A stretch of DNA of 57,049 bases from assembly GCA_013265495.1 (NCBI GenBank), contig MU058665.1:1-57049 (forward strand), written 5' to 3'. Below are positions 1-12,969 of the stretch, one piece after another; position 1 is the stretch's first letter; every line of letters starts with the position of its first letter. A program made the translations under genes and the position numbers. Below the pieces are notes generated by a model. The model was not told where the DNA came from, searched no databases, and saw only the letters and a program-made list of their open reading frames with translations. The DNA is from Vicugna vicugna (taxonomy: Eukaryota).

Positions 1-620
1 GTTGTGTTAGTCTCTGGTGTACAGCATAGTGATTCAGTTATATAGTCACACATATATTCACTTTCAGATTCTCTTTCATTACAGGTTATTACAAGATACT
101 GAATATAGTTCCCTGTGCTGTACAGCAGGACCTTGTTGTTTATCTACTTTATGTGTACTGGTTAGGATCTGCAAATCCTAAACTCCCAATTTATCCCTCC
201 ACCACACCTCTGGTAACTGTAAATTTGTTTTCTATGTCTGTGAGTCTGTTTCTGTTTTGCAAATAAGTTCATTTGTGTCATTTTTTAAGATTGCACATGT
301 TAAGTGATATCATATGGCATTTGTCTTTTTCTGGTTTAATTCCTTTAGAATGACAATCTCCAGGTCCATCCATGTTGCTGCAAATGGCATTATTTCATTC
401 TTTTTATGGCTGAGTAGTATTCCATTGTATCAATATACCACAACTTCTTTACCCAGTCATCTGTTGATGGACATTTAGGTTGCTTTCATGTCTTGGCTAT
501 TGTAAATTAGCACTGCTATGAACATTGGGGTGCATGTATCTTGTTGAATTAGAGTTTTCTCTAGATATATGACCAGGAGTGGGGTTGCTGGATCATATGT
601 TGTCTATTTTTAGTTTTTTG
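1..620 (-). mobile_element. LINE-1 3' end fragment
   Basis: Reverse complement of the typical L1 3' region (tccatccatgttgctgcaaatggcattatttcattctttttatggctgagtagtattccattg). Confidence 0.9.
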
Positions 621-1149
621 GCAATCTTCTGATTTACACTCAACCCACCACTCGTATTTCTTTTCTCTAACCACATTTCAGATACCAGGTGACTTTCTGT
701 TTAACAGACACCTCATGTACGTCTAATTCAGAAAGATCGTAATATTATGAAAGAGTTCTGTGTCAGAGCTCCTGGGAAAAAGAAGCACCTGTCATGGGTC
801 CCAACTAATTCTGCGATGTCCTCAGGCTAGTTATCTGACCTAACTGGGCCTCAGTAACTGCATTTGTCAAACTTAGTGAATGGACACTGATTTTCCAGGA
901 ATTATGTTGGAGGAGAGAAGAACACCAGCTTTGGGGTCAGGAAGGCTAAGAAAATGTCTCTGCTCTGGACTAGGTAAATACACTGAGATAAGCGCACACT
1001 GAAACTCCTGGTCACCCTTAAAGAGATGACGTAGATGTCTGTGCCTTAAATGGAAAGAACTTCAAGATGTTAAGTAATAAGGAGTAGAGCAATATGAATG
1101 ACATTTTACTTATTAGATATACATTATCAATAAAAATATATATTATCCG

Positions 1150-1688
1150 TGTTGTGGCTATTGTATACAGTGCTGCTAGGGAAGAAACCTAAATGCCCAT
1201 TAATAGATGACTGGATAAAGAAGCTGTGGTATATTTATACAATGGAATAGTACTCAGCCATAAAAAAGAATAAAATAATGCCATTTGCAGCAGCATGGAT
1301 GCTGCATTCTAAGTGAAGTAATCCAGAAAGCAAATACTGTATGACATCACTCATATGTGGAAACTAAAAAAAAAGGACACTATGAACTCATCTACAAAAC
1401 AGAAATAGACACATAATAAACAATCTTATGGTTACCGGGGCAAGGGGGTGGGAAGGGATAATTTGGGGAGTTTGAGATTTACAAATGTTAGCCACTATAA
1501 AATAAAAGATTTTTTAAAATTTCTTCTGTATAGAACAGGGAACTATGTTCAATATCGTATAATAACCTTTAATGAAAAAGAATATGAAAACAAAAATATG
1601 TATGTATATGCATGACTGGGACATTATGCCGTACACCAGAAATTGACACACTGTAACTGACTGTATGTCAATTGGAAAAAAAAAAAAG
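1150..1688 (+). mobile_element. LINE-1 3' end with poly(A)
   Basis: atggaatagtactcagccataaaaaagaataaaataatgccatttgcagc motif; A-tail at 1676-1688. Confidence 0.9.
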
Positions 1689-1706
1689 GTTGACTTTAAC
1701 CATATT

Positions 1707-1821
1707 TTTTTAACATTTTTTATTGATTTATAATCATTTTACAATGTTGTGTCAAATTCCAGTGTTCAGCACAATTTTTCAGTCATTCATGGACATATAC
1801 ACACTCATTGTCACATTTTTG
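1707..1821 (-). mobile_element. Extremely 5'-truncated young L1 tail with TSD accatatt
   Basis: Reverse complement matches the L1 tail at 6515-6633; accatatt lies on both sides. Confidence 0.75.
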
Positions 1822-3190
1822 ACCATATTAAATTAAGGAAGTACATTTAAAAATGACAAGAAAGCAGACAAATGTAAAGAATAAATTTGGGAAACATTTT
1901 GCCCAATGTATGGCACATAAATTACAAAAAACAAAAAAAACTCTTACCAAATTAATCAGAAAAAAATGGAAATAACTAGTGAAAATACTATAAAAATTCT
2001 GTAGTGGGGAAAATGTTTCGATACCAGAACTATATAGGAACCATAAGGGATTTAGAAATTTGACCATGTAACATAAATTTTTAAATTTGATGGGACAAGT
2101 TCAAGCACAAAACAAATGAATAAATAAAAATTCTACCATTAACAATGTCAGAAGATCATCTGCAATTAATTTCAGGTACACATATTCAACAAAATTTTCA
2201 ACCCAGTAGAAAATCAGATAAAAGTATAAAGGTAACATAAATGCTTAATAAGACTATAAATATTGTCAACCTTGTTAATCATTACTGAATAAATTAGCTA
2301 TTTCTTTCAACTTTTAAGTCTGGCAAAGATTTAAAGAATAATAAAAACCATCATTAGAGGGAGTGCAAATTGGTATATTTTTTCTACAGCAAACTTTTAA
2401 TAGCTGCAAAAATTCCTGCTTGTCTTTCACCCACCAGTTCCAATTCAAGGAATTCTACAAAAAAATATGCTTGTGTTTGCAGATATGTGTTTAAAAATAT
2501 TTACTGCAGAATTTTTACAGTTCTGCTCCTAGGAAAAACTTACAATTCAAAATCTAAAATTATTTTCTGATTTTAAAAAGTTTATATGGTACATATATCA
2601 TTCAGTACCATCACAAGAATTTGATGACCAAATAACATGAATATTTCTGTAGCAGAACCTGTGCATATTCACACTAATTAGAATAAATATAGACCATAAA
2701 TAATGCCAAGTTCTGGTCATGTTTTGACATCAAACGAATTCAGTTAAGCTCAGATTTGATTTCCAAATTAGTGGGGAAACATTTTCAATTTCAAGTGATT
2801 TGGGGGTTTTAGAATTACAAATAAGGCATCATGGACCTGTATTAGAAAAAAAAACCTGAAAACTAAAATATGTTCATCAAATTATTATCTTAAATTATGG
2901 CTCTTTTTAACATGTATACTAAGCAAGATTTTTTAAAAGTGATAGAATCAACCTTTAAAATATAAATGCCAAGATATACGATAAAATGAAATAAACAGGT
3001 TTCAGAGTACTAGCATTATCCATTTCTTCTGTAAAGCAAGATTTCTGATGACATTTCCTCTTCTTTTAAACAGATAATTGGAATGCAAGACTTAAAGTCC
3101 AGTGAGAGGACACACAGATTCTATAGTTTTCCAGGCCATTTTTGTTTTGAGCCTCAATTTCTCTTAATGACTATCATCTATTCTTCCCAG

Positions 3191-3318
3191 AGGTAACAAA
3201 ATGTATTAGAATGGATCAAGATGAACCTGAATGACCAACGCTGGGTGACAGTGGGGACAAGGAGGGCTCAGGCTAGCATCCCCATGAAGACAGAATGAGT
3301 CAGATGTCAAGGATAAAG
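3191..3318 (+). pseudogene. Relic B exon: R*QNVLEWIKMNLNDQRWVTVGTRRAQASIPMKTE*VRCQG*
   Basis: Acceptor ttcttcccag; donor AAG|gtaaac; a 28-bp candidate exon lies upstream at 3074-3101. Confidence 0.45.
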
Positions 3319-3539
3319 GTAAACTTAGCCACATCTGAAAACCCCACCTGCGCACAGGGCTACTGTCTGAACGAATCTAGAGATCATCTGTGATTTGAAA
3401 AGCACAGGGCATTGGAACTCACATCAACAGTACACGTTCAAATTCCCCGAGACATAAAGAACCCTGCAAATCAAGAAGAAAACACTAAACACTCTTTAGA
3501 AACAAGTCAAAAAACATGAAAATTCATGTACAAAAGATG

Positions 3540-5874
3540 TGAGCAATTCTTAAACATTTTTCAATTGTCTTTTTTCTCCATGTTTCATTCTAAATAGTTT
3601 CTATGGCTACGTCTTGAAGTTCACATCAGAGCTCTAACCTCATTCATGATAAGGCATGTGCCACTAAAAACTACAGGAGAACTCTCACTTCCAACCAGGA
3701 TGCAGTAACTAGAAGCAGATTTACCCTTCCACCTGAAACAACCAAAAAAGGCAAAGCATAATGTGAAACAACAAGGCACTGGACATCGCACAACAAAGGA
3801 CAGTGGCCAGTGATGAAGGTACAGCTTTTGGTAGCCCCATCTTACTGCTTTGGGAGAGTTTCTAAGCTGCTATGCTGGGAGGAGGAACCAGGCTGGAACC
3901 TAGCAGACAGCCTGCATAGAAGAGATGAACTACGTAACCAGAGGCCCAGGTGGCTAGAACTTTCAGGAGAGTCTGAGGGAGAAGGGAGCGGCACAAGGAG
4001 AGAACTGAAAACTGCGGAGACCTCCCCCCTGGTAGTTATTTCCTCGCATGTGCTTTAAAATATCTTCATTCCTCTGTGAGTCAGACAGCACTTTTACTCT
4101 GGCTGTTTCTGAGATTTTTCTTCTCTTTATCACTGGTTTTGAATAATTTGATTTTGATTTAACATGGTGTAGGGTGTTTTTTAATGTTTCTTATGCTTGA
4201 GCTTTTTTTTTTTTTTTTTTGGCTCTGTTAGTTTATATTTTTTCATCAAATTTTGAAAAATTTTGACTATGACTTCTCCAAATATTTGTTTCGTCTCCCT
4301 GTCATTCCACTTTTAGGGCTCCTATTACTCATAATTTCAACTGCTTGAAGTTGTCCTGCAGCTCACTGACACTGTTTATTTGTTTATATTTTGGTGGATT
4401 TTCTTTCTCTGAGTTCCATTTTAGAGGGTTTTTACTTCCAGTCTTTAATTACTCTTTTTCTTTTCTGATCAATGTCTTACCTGCCATTAATCACATCTGG
4501 TGAAATTTTCCTATCACACACTGTATTTTTCATCTCTAGAATTCCCATTTAGTTATTTTATAAATCTCCTAAGCCTCTTAAATTCCGAACATATGAAAGT
4601 GTTAATAACTGTTTATTGTCCTTGTCTGTTAATTCCAACATCTGTGTCAGTTCTGAGTCAGTTTTAATTGATTGATTTTTCTTATCATATGGGTTATATT
4701 TTCTTGTTTATTTGTATTTCTGGTAATTTTGGATTGGATGCCTAATACAGTAAATTTTACTTTGTTGGGTGCTAGATATTTGTGCATTCTCATAAATATT
4801 CTTGAGCTTTGTTCTGAAATGTGGTTTGATCCTTTTGGGTCTTGCTTTTAAGATTCATTCGATGGGACCAGAGCAGTGCTCAGATGGGCTAATTATTTCC
4901 CATTGTAGGTCCTTCTGTGTTCTTTATCAAATGTGACTATAAGATTTTTATGACTGATGGAAACAGACAGTATTCCTGGTGCTCAGTGAGTACAGGAAAG
5001 TGTTTCCCCTAATCCTTCGGAAAGTTTTTTCCCCCCTGGCCCTGGGTATTTCTCAAATGTACTTAAATGTTCTGAAAGGAAAGTAAGAATCGATAATCTA
5101 GAATTCTATAATAAGCAAAAATCTCTCTCAAAAACAAAGGTGAAATCCTTTTCCCAAAATGCAGAAGCTGAAAGAATTCAGCAGCAGCAGACTCTCATAA
5201 TAGAAATGTTAAACGAAGTACTTCAGGCAGGAGGAGAGGGATTATTGACACAAATACAGATCCACACAAAGAACTGAAGAGCATAAGGGCAAATGCATGT
5301 ATAAATATATAGAAATGTCCTCATTTTAAAAATCTAATTAAAATATAATTGACTGTTTCAAACAAAAACCATGACAATGTAGTGTGATATTTTTAGCCTA
5401 TGTAAAAGCAAAACGAATCAACAATAGCAAAAAGATTGGGAGGAGATATATGAAAGCTCATTATTGCAAGGTTCTTTTACTGTACGTAAAGTGACATAAT
5501 ACCACATGAAAGCAGACAGATACATACAGTTCACATAACTGTAAGTGGAAAAGCAGCCACATATAAAATAAAGAGGTATGGCTATTGAGCCCATCAAGGA
5601 GATCAAATCATAAAAACATCTGATTAATCCCAAAGAAGGCATAAAATATAAAAGATGAAAATAAGAAGAATTGGGGCAAGTAAAAATTGCCTATAGGACA
5701 GATTTATAGCAAAGCATACTAAAGATCACATTAAATCTAAATGGCCTAAATACCACAATTAAAAAGCAGAGGTTGTCAGATTAATTACAAAGTAAGGTGC
5801 AAATATATGCTACCTACATTAAAAGAATTTTAAATATAAAGTACAAGCATGTTAAAAAGTTAAAGAATGAAAAA
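3540..5874. mobile_element. Old L1M 5'UTR/ORF1/ORF2-start fragments in mixed orientation
   Basis: L1M-like 5' segment at 3685-4050 (+), pyrimidine-rich L1 at 4050-5065 (-), ORF1-end and ORF2-start-like sequence at 5070-5874 (+; cattaaatctaaatggcctaaataccacaattaaaaagcagagg). Confidence 0.7.
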
Positions 5875-6251
5875 NNNNNNNNNNNNNNNNNNNNNNNNNN
5901 NNNNNNNNNNNNNNNNNNNNNNNNNNNNNNNNNNNNNNNNNNNNNNNNNNNNNNNNNNNNNNNNNNNNNNNNNNNNNNNNNNNNNNNNNNNNNNNNNNNN
6001 NNNNNNNNNNNNNNNNNNNNNNNNNNNNNNNNNNNNNNNNNNNNNNNNNNNNNNNNNNNNNNNNNNNNNNNNNNNNNNNNNNNNNNNNNNNNNNNNNNNN
6101 NNNNNNNNNNNNNNNNNNNNNNNNNNNNNNNNNNNNNNNNNNNNNNNNNNNNNNNNNNNNNNNNNNNNNNNNNNNNNNNNNNNNNNNNNNNNNNNNNNNN
6201 NNNNNNNNNNNNNNNNNNNNNNNNNNNNNNNNNNNNNNNNNNNNNNNNNNN
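5875..6251. other. Assembly gap (377 N)
   Basis: Run of n. Confidence 1.
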
Positions 6252-6633
6252 TTCTAAATGAAGTAAGCCAGAAAGAGATAGAAAAATACCATATGAGATA
6301 GCTCATATGTGGAATCTAAAAAACAAAAACAAAAAAACAAAGCATAAATACAAAACAGAAACAGACTCATAGACATAGAATCGCAAACTCATGGTTGCCA
6401 AGGGGGCGGAGGGTGTGAAGGGATAGACAGGATTTCAAAATTGTAGAATAGATAAGCAAGATTATACTGTACAGTACCGGTAAATATACACAAGATCTTA
6501 TGGTAGCTCACAGAGAAAAAAATGTGACAATGAATATATATATGTTCATGTATAACTGAAAAATTGTTTTCTAGATTGGAATTTGACACAACATTGTAAA
6601 ATGATTATAAATCAATAAAAAATGTTAAAAAAA
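6252..6633 (+). mobile_element. LINE-1 3' end
   Basis: ctaaatgaagtaagccagaaagag...; ends aatcaataaaaaatgttaaaaaaa. Confidence 0.9.
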
Positions 6634-6819
6634 GAATAAGTCAAAAGACATTTTAAAAATAATTTTCAATTAAAATAAAATTTTAAGATATCAAGTTTCA
6701 CAGGATGCTTCAAAGCAGTACTCAAAAGGAAATTTACAGCACTGAACCCCCTTAATTAAAAAAGAAAAAAGTTCTCAAGTTCATGGTCTAAGCTTCTACA
6801 TTAAGAAACTAGGAAAACA

Positions 6820-7277
6820 GGAGGTGCCAAGATGGCAGAGAGACTCACAGCTTGCTCTCTCCCAGAAATAAACCAAGAATTACATCTACAAACCCGCTGA
6901 ATTGCACACAACACCTACTGAACTCTGGCAGAGTATCCCTCACTTTGAAATACAAGTGGATTCTCACAAAATCAATAAACAGTAAGATTATACTGTATAG
7001 CACAGGGAACTATATTCAATATCTTGTAGTAACTTACAGTGAAAAATAATATGAAAATATGAAAACGAATATATGTATGTATATGCATGACTGGGACATT
7101 GTGCTGTACACCAGAAATTGACACATTGTAATTGACTATACTTCAGTAAAAAATAATTAATTAAAAAATATGAAAACAAATATATGTATGTTCATATATG
7201 AATGAAGCGTTATGCTGTACATCAGAAACTGACACTACATTGTAAGTTGACTATACTTTAATAAATATATATATAAA
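6820..7277 (+). mobile_element. Bipartite L1-derived element (L1 5' head fused to a doubled L1 3' tail) with 17-bp TSD
   Basis: Begins ggaggtgccaagatggc (L1 5' terminus with YY1 motif); L1 3' tail from about 6975; identical TSD aagaaactaggaaaaca at 6803-6819 and 7278-7294; inserted in an older L1 ORF2 fragment. Confidence 0.8.
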
Positions 7278-7419
7278 AAGAAACTAGGAAAACATGAGAA
7301 TATTAAAACCAAAGTAATCAGAAGAAAAGAAATACTGTCAAGACAGAACTGAATGAAAGAGAAAATAGAAAACAATTTTAAAAAGCACTGAAATGAATAA
7401 AGAAATGAACTTTCATTAA

Positions 7420-7752
7420 TAAATGCAGAAACATAAATGAATCTCAAAATAATAATGCTGAGTAAAAGAAGCTGGGCCAAAAAAAAAAGACAAATTTTAT
7501 GAGTCCATTTATATAGAATGGAACGTGAGCAAGTATATACAGTGACAGACAACAGATCAGTGGCTGCCTGGGTGTGGGGGAAGGGAGAGAAAAAAGGATT
7601 ATTAAGAGGCATGAGCAAACCTTTGGGGATGTGGTATGTTCATTGCTTTGATCATGGTGGTGGTTTCATGGTCACATACATATGTCACAGCTATCCAATT
7701 GTACACTTTAAATATGTGCACTTTATTATATGTCAGTTCTCAATAAAGCTGT
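7420..7752 (+). mobile_element. Old L1M (L1MC/ME-like) 3' end
   Basis: gaatctcaaaataataatgctgagtaaaagaagc...tcaataaagctgtt. Confidence 0.8.
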
Positions 7753-8172
7753 TATCAGAAGCCAAAACTACACTGAAGATCATGTGACAGATGGCATGCG
7801 TAGAAGGTTATTCTGCACAAGGTATAAAAACAACCTACATGTCTAGACAAAGGGACTGGTTAAATTATGCTCCTCTAACTCTGTAGACCGAAAACAAAAA
7901 ATCTTTACACATGACTATAAAACAATCTCCATGATGTATTATTAAAAACACACAAACACAGGCACATATACACACACCTCAAAAACATGAAAGATAGAAA
8001 TGCAAAGCAGTATATTTTATGTTTCTATTTTTGGTGCTGAAAAAAAGGATAGACAGAGCATTTACCATCTCTGGAAAGTATACCTGAGAAACTAAAAGTA
8101 TTAGCTACCATCAGCAAGATGACATTGGTGTCTGGAAGACGGGAATGAGAGCAGATTTTTTTTTTTTTAAAC

Positions 8173-8383
8173 ACAGTTGATCCTTGAACAATGCAGGTTT
8201 CGGGTTTTTTCAGTAATAAATACTACATTAATACACAATCAGCGGCTAGTTGAATTGGCAGATGAGGAACCATGAATATAGAGAAACTGCATATACACAG
8301 GGCCCTTTAAATTATATAGGATATTCAACTGCCCTGGGGGTGAGAGTCCTTAATCCACCCATTGTTCAGGGTCCTTCAATCTG
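8173..8383. mobile_element. Tigger2-type (TcMar) MITE remnant
   Basis: Terminus cagttgatccttgaacaa with a degenerate inverted end ttgttcagggtc. Confidence 0.65.
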
Positions 8384-8650
8384 TGATCATCTTGATCCTT
8401 CAATCTTTGCAACATGAAATCTCCTACCTATTTAAATGCATTTTTAAAGATCCCTGGCAATAATGTATCATACTAATCAAAAATTAGTCAAGCTGTGGAA
8501 TCAGACAGCTTGTACTATGTGACTTTGAGCAACGTAAACTCTGAATTTTCTTAAAAATGTATCACAGATAATGACAGTGTCTTCTTCTAGGACCTTTATG
8601 AATAATAAATGAACACTTACAACAGTACCTTCCACTATAGCAAACACGCA

Positions 8651-10960
8651 ATTTTTTTTAATTGAAATACAGTTGATGTACAACATTATGTTAGTTTCAG
8701 ATATATTACATGATGACTTGATATTTGCATATATTGTGAAATGATCACCAGGACAGTGTAGTAACCATCTGTCACCATACAAGTCACTACAATATTATTG
8801 CTTATATTCCTTATGCTGCAAATTATATCCCCGTGACTTACTGATTATATAACTGGAGATCTGTACCTCTTAATCCCCTTCACCTATTTTGTCCACTCTC
8901 CCACCCGCCTTTCTTCTGGCAACCACCCATTGGTTCTCTGTATCTATGAGTATGTTTTCATTTTGTTTTGCTTGTTTCATTTTTCAGATGGCATATATAA
9001 ATGAGATTATGCAGACTTTGCCCTTTGCTGTCAGACTTACTTCATTAAGCATAATACCCTCAAGATCCATCCATTTTATCTCAAATGGCAAGATTTTATT
9101 TTTGTTTTTTATGGCTGAATAATACTCCATTGTATATGTATACTTCATCTTCTTTATCTGTTTATCTATCAATGGACACAGGTTAATTCCATATGTTAGC
9201 TATTATGAATGATGCAGCAGTGACTATAGGGATGTACATATCTTTTTAAATTAGTGTTTCTTCAGGTAAATACTCGGAAGTAGAATTGCTGGATTACACA
9301 GTAATTCTATTTTTAATTTTTTGTAGAACTTCCATACTGTCCTTTCATATGGCTGTACCAATTAACAATCACACCAGCAGTACAGCAAGGTCTCTCTTTT
9401 CTCCACATCCTCACCAACGCTTGTTATTTTTTGTTGTTTTGATGATAGCCATTCTGACAGGTGTGAGGTAGTATCTCAATGTATCTTTTTTTAATGAGAA
9501 AACATGTTTAATTGTGTAATAAAAGTTTCAGAGAAAAGAAACATTACAAACACTTGCTTTATAGTCACAATTTGTTAAAAATACATCTGCTTTAGAAAGG
9601 GAGGAAAATCAGACTAATTTTTTTTTTACTACTTAACACTACTAATTTTTTAAATTGCTAATTTTATTTTATTAAAGTATAATTGACTTAAAATATTATA
9701 TTAACTTCAGGTATACAACAGAGTGATTCAATGTTTTTATACATTACAAATTGATCACTGTGATAAGTCTAGCTATCATCTGTCACCGTACAAAATTATT
9801 ACTATATTACTGACTACAGTCATGCTGCACATTACATCCCTGTGACTTACTTATCCTATAACTGGAAGCTTGTTCTCTCCCTCATTCTTTCATTTTCATG
9901 TTTGTACTTTCACTCATCCCTGCACACCCTTCCCCTCTGGCAACCATCAGTTTGTACTCTGTGTCTGTGAGTCAGTTTTTGCATTGTTATGCTCCTTCAT
10001 TTGCTTTTTAGATTCCACATATAAGTGAAATTGTATGATATTTGTCTTGCTCTGACTTATCTCACTTAGCATAACACCCTCTAGGTTCATCCATGTGATC
10101 GCAAATGGCAAGATTTTGTTCTTTTTATGGCTGAGTAATATTCCATTGTGTGTGTTTCACATCTTCTTTATTGACTGACATTTAGACTGTTTCTATACAT
10201 TGGCTATTATAAATATTTTTGCAGTGAACATTTGGGTGCATATATCTTTTCTAATTAGTGAAAGTTTTTTGTTATATTCAGAAAAATACCCAGAAGTGGA
10301 ATTACTGGATCTTAAGGTAGTTCCATTTTTAATTTCTTGAGGTACCTCCACACTGTTTTCCATAGTGGCTGCACCAATTTACACTCCCACCAACAGTACA
10401 CAACGGTTCCCTTTCTCTACATCCTCACCAACACTTACTATTTGTTGTCTTTTTGATGAGAGCCATTTGACAAGTGTGAGGTATTATCTCACTGTGATTT
10501 TGATTTGCATTTCCCTGGAGGTTAGTAATGTTGAGCATATGTCTGTTAGTCATCTTTTTATTTTCTTTGAAAAAAATGTTTACTCAGGTCCTCTGCCCAT
10601 TTTTTAATTAGGTTTTTTGTTTTTAACGCTGAGTTGTGTGAGTTCCTCGTACATTTTGGATGCCAACCCCTTGTCAGTTATATCATTTGCATTACTTTCT
10701 CCCACTCAGAAGGCAGACTTTTCATTTTATTGACAGTTCCCTTCACTGGGCAAAAAGCTTGTTAGTTTGATGTATTTCCATTTGCTTATTTTTGCTTTTG
10801 TTTTCCTTGCCTGAGGAGACAGAGTCAAAAAAAATTATTGCAAAGACTGATGTCAAAGTATGTACTGTACTGCCTATATTTCCTTCTAAGTTCCATGGTT
10901 TAAGGTCTCACACTTAAGTCTTTAATCCATTTTGAGTTTATGTGTGGAAATGATATGAAT
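8651..10960 (-). mobile_element. Two L1 3' fragments (8651-9490 and 9660-10960)
   Basis: T-rich tails followed by reverse-complement L1 3'UTR and ORF2 end (gatagccattctgacaggtgtgaggtagtatctc). Confidence 0.9.
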
Positions 10961-11069
10961 TTGATTATTGGTATGCTCCTGACTTTGCACAATGTTTTTA
11001 AAGTAGGGATTCTTGGATCAATTTATACCTTCTCTAAAAAAAAAAAAGAAAAAGAAAATAACTAAACTT

Positions 11070-11290
11070 TACCTGTATTGAGTCCTTTAAGTCTCAGAGA
11101 CTGTGCTAACTGCTTTGCATGCACTGCTTCATTTAATCCTCAAAACAATGCTCTGAGGTAGGTATTATTTTCATCCCCATTTGGTGGATGAAGCTATTCA
11201 GCACAGAGCAGTCAATTAACTTTCCCAAGGTCACAGAGCTAATATGTGGGGAACTCTATGACTTAAACCAAAGTATTCTGATTTTTCCAG
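11070..11290. mobile_element. MIR SINE (other MIRs near 8480-8640, 12160-12290, 37590-37800, 38280-38450)
   Basis: MIR core: catttaatcctcaaaacaatgctctgaggtaggtattatttt...cccaaggtcacagagct. Confidence 0.8.
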
Positions 11291-11833
11291 TGCTCTGCTC
11301 TCTTTGTCTAAGAATCAGAAATTAGTATTCTTTTCCTAAACAGTAATTTCTATCTGATAGACACTAGGTTCTGTGAGATTTACCAGGATCTCATTTTCAC
11401 CTATGGTTATGATGAAGCTTATTGCCTACAGTTTTAATTTTAGATTTCTGTGCTAGTTATTTATTTATTTGCCTCACTTCTTAGGTTTCCCTTTCCTTGT
11501 TTATTATCCACCTCTCACTGGTGTTACCTTGCTACATTTTATGTATTGCCTGCTAGCTGCCCAAAATCCCTTCTGTAAAAAATAAACACATATATAAATT
11601 CACACCAAAGCAGTCATCTCAGAAAGAGGATGATGGGTAGGGACATGAGTCATAAACCTGCAATTAACAAGTAATTACTTCATTATGTTTTCATCATTCC
11701 CTCTAATTAAAAATTCATTACCTATAAAGATGTCTGCAAAATTATCACCAATTTACCACAAATGAAGGATTTAAATCCCTGAATTTTGAATAAAGGCTTT
11801 AAATCAATATAAATAAATAAATCTGCCACTTAG

Positions 11834-11926
11834 CAAAGCCAATGAGGCAGCCAGAATCAACCTTGAAAAAGCAATTATCTCCAGAAAAATCCTTGACCAA
11901 TTCATCATGTGCGCTACACCTTAAAG
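11834..11926 (+). pseudogene. Relic B exon: KANEAARINLEKAIISRKILDQFIMCATP*
   Basis: Acceptor ctgccacttag; donor AAG|gtaaaa; 93 bp, symmetric phase. Confidence 0.45.
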
Positions 11927-12438
11927 GTAAAAGTAAAGAAATGGCTTAGCAAGACCGCATAATGAATGGAATTGTTAATTTGGCCCTTAGGTGGCAGATT
12001 CAAATAGCCTTCCACATCACATTTCCTGCCTCATGACAATCTCCAGCTCACACACAAGTCCTACAGAATTTCCTTTCCCTTCTCTTTTAAAAAGTAAGTT
12101 AACCATGGATCTGGAATTCAGGTTTTAAAAGAGCTTTGTAAATAATGTGGTGTTACTGCTGTATTTTACTTAAAAGGAAACTGAGTCACAGGGTGGTTAA
12201 ACAATTGTCTAAGATCACATTGTTAGACTCAGTATTGAGACTACAATTCAGGCACCTGAACTTTAATTCTTTGATATTTCTAGTAAAACCATGCTGTATA
12301 TTTCCCTGGAAAAGGGTTTTGATTCTTATGGCTACTGTGATATTTTAGCAAGTATGAATTAACTCTACAGAGTTTAGCAAGCTTGTTGACTTAAATCTAT
12401 TAACAGTTCTACATTTTCAAAACTCTATTTTCTAAAAG

Positions 12439-12635
12439 AGAAAGAACAGGAATTTTCCAGAAGATCCCTTCTACACGTTTGAAATTCCATCTAACATGAA
12501 AGGACTGAGGATCAAACTGCACTACACAAAGTCAGAAAAGTCCTCAGCCCCTCAGCAGTTTGAATTGCCGGTCACATAATGATCATCCTGTTCTTCAAAG
12601 GTTTTCAGTTCAGTGAAAAAAGTCCACTGGGACAG
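12439..12635 (+). pseudogene. Relic B exon: ERTGIFQKIPSTRLKFHLT*KD*GSNCTTQSQKSPQPLSSLNCRSHNDHPVLQRFSVQ*KKSTGT
   Basis: Acceptor ctattttctaaaag; donor CAG|gtgttt; three TGA stops. Confidence 0.45.
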
Positions 12636-12667
12636 GTGTTTTCTCCATATGAAAATGACTGTCTTAT

Positions 12668-12965
12668 GCTATGGAATGAACGTTTCTGCCCGACTCCTCT
12701 GCAATGAAATACGTACGTTGAAGCCTTCACCCTCACTGTGGTGGTACATGGAGGTGGGGCCTCTGGGTGCTAATTAGGTGATAAAGGTGGAGCCCTCATG
12801 AAGCGTATTAGTGTCCTTATAAGAAAAGACATGAGCAAGATGATCTTTCTCTCTGCCATGTGAGGACACAGCCAGGAGGTGGCCATCTGCAAACCAAGAA
12901 GACACTGAGTGTGCTGGTACCTTGATCTTGGACTTCCCAGCCTCCAGAACTGTGAGATATAAATG
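12668..12965 (+). mobile_element. MaLR LTR (MLT1A-like)
   Basis: tgctatggaatgaacgttt start; ggagccctcatga; cttggacttcccagcctccagaactgtgaga. Confidence 0.85.
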
Positions 12966-12969
12966 CGAA

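Noticed and set aside
5797..6306. Three 144-154 aa ORFs
   Set aside because: Artefacts of translating through the N gap.
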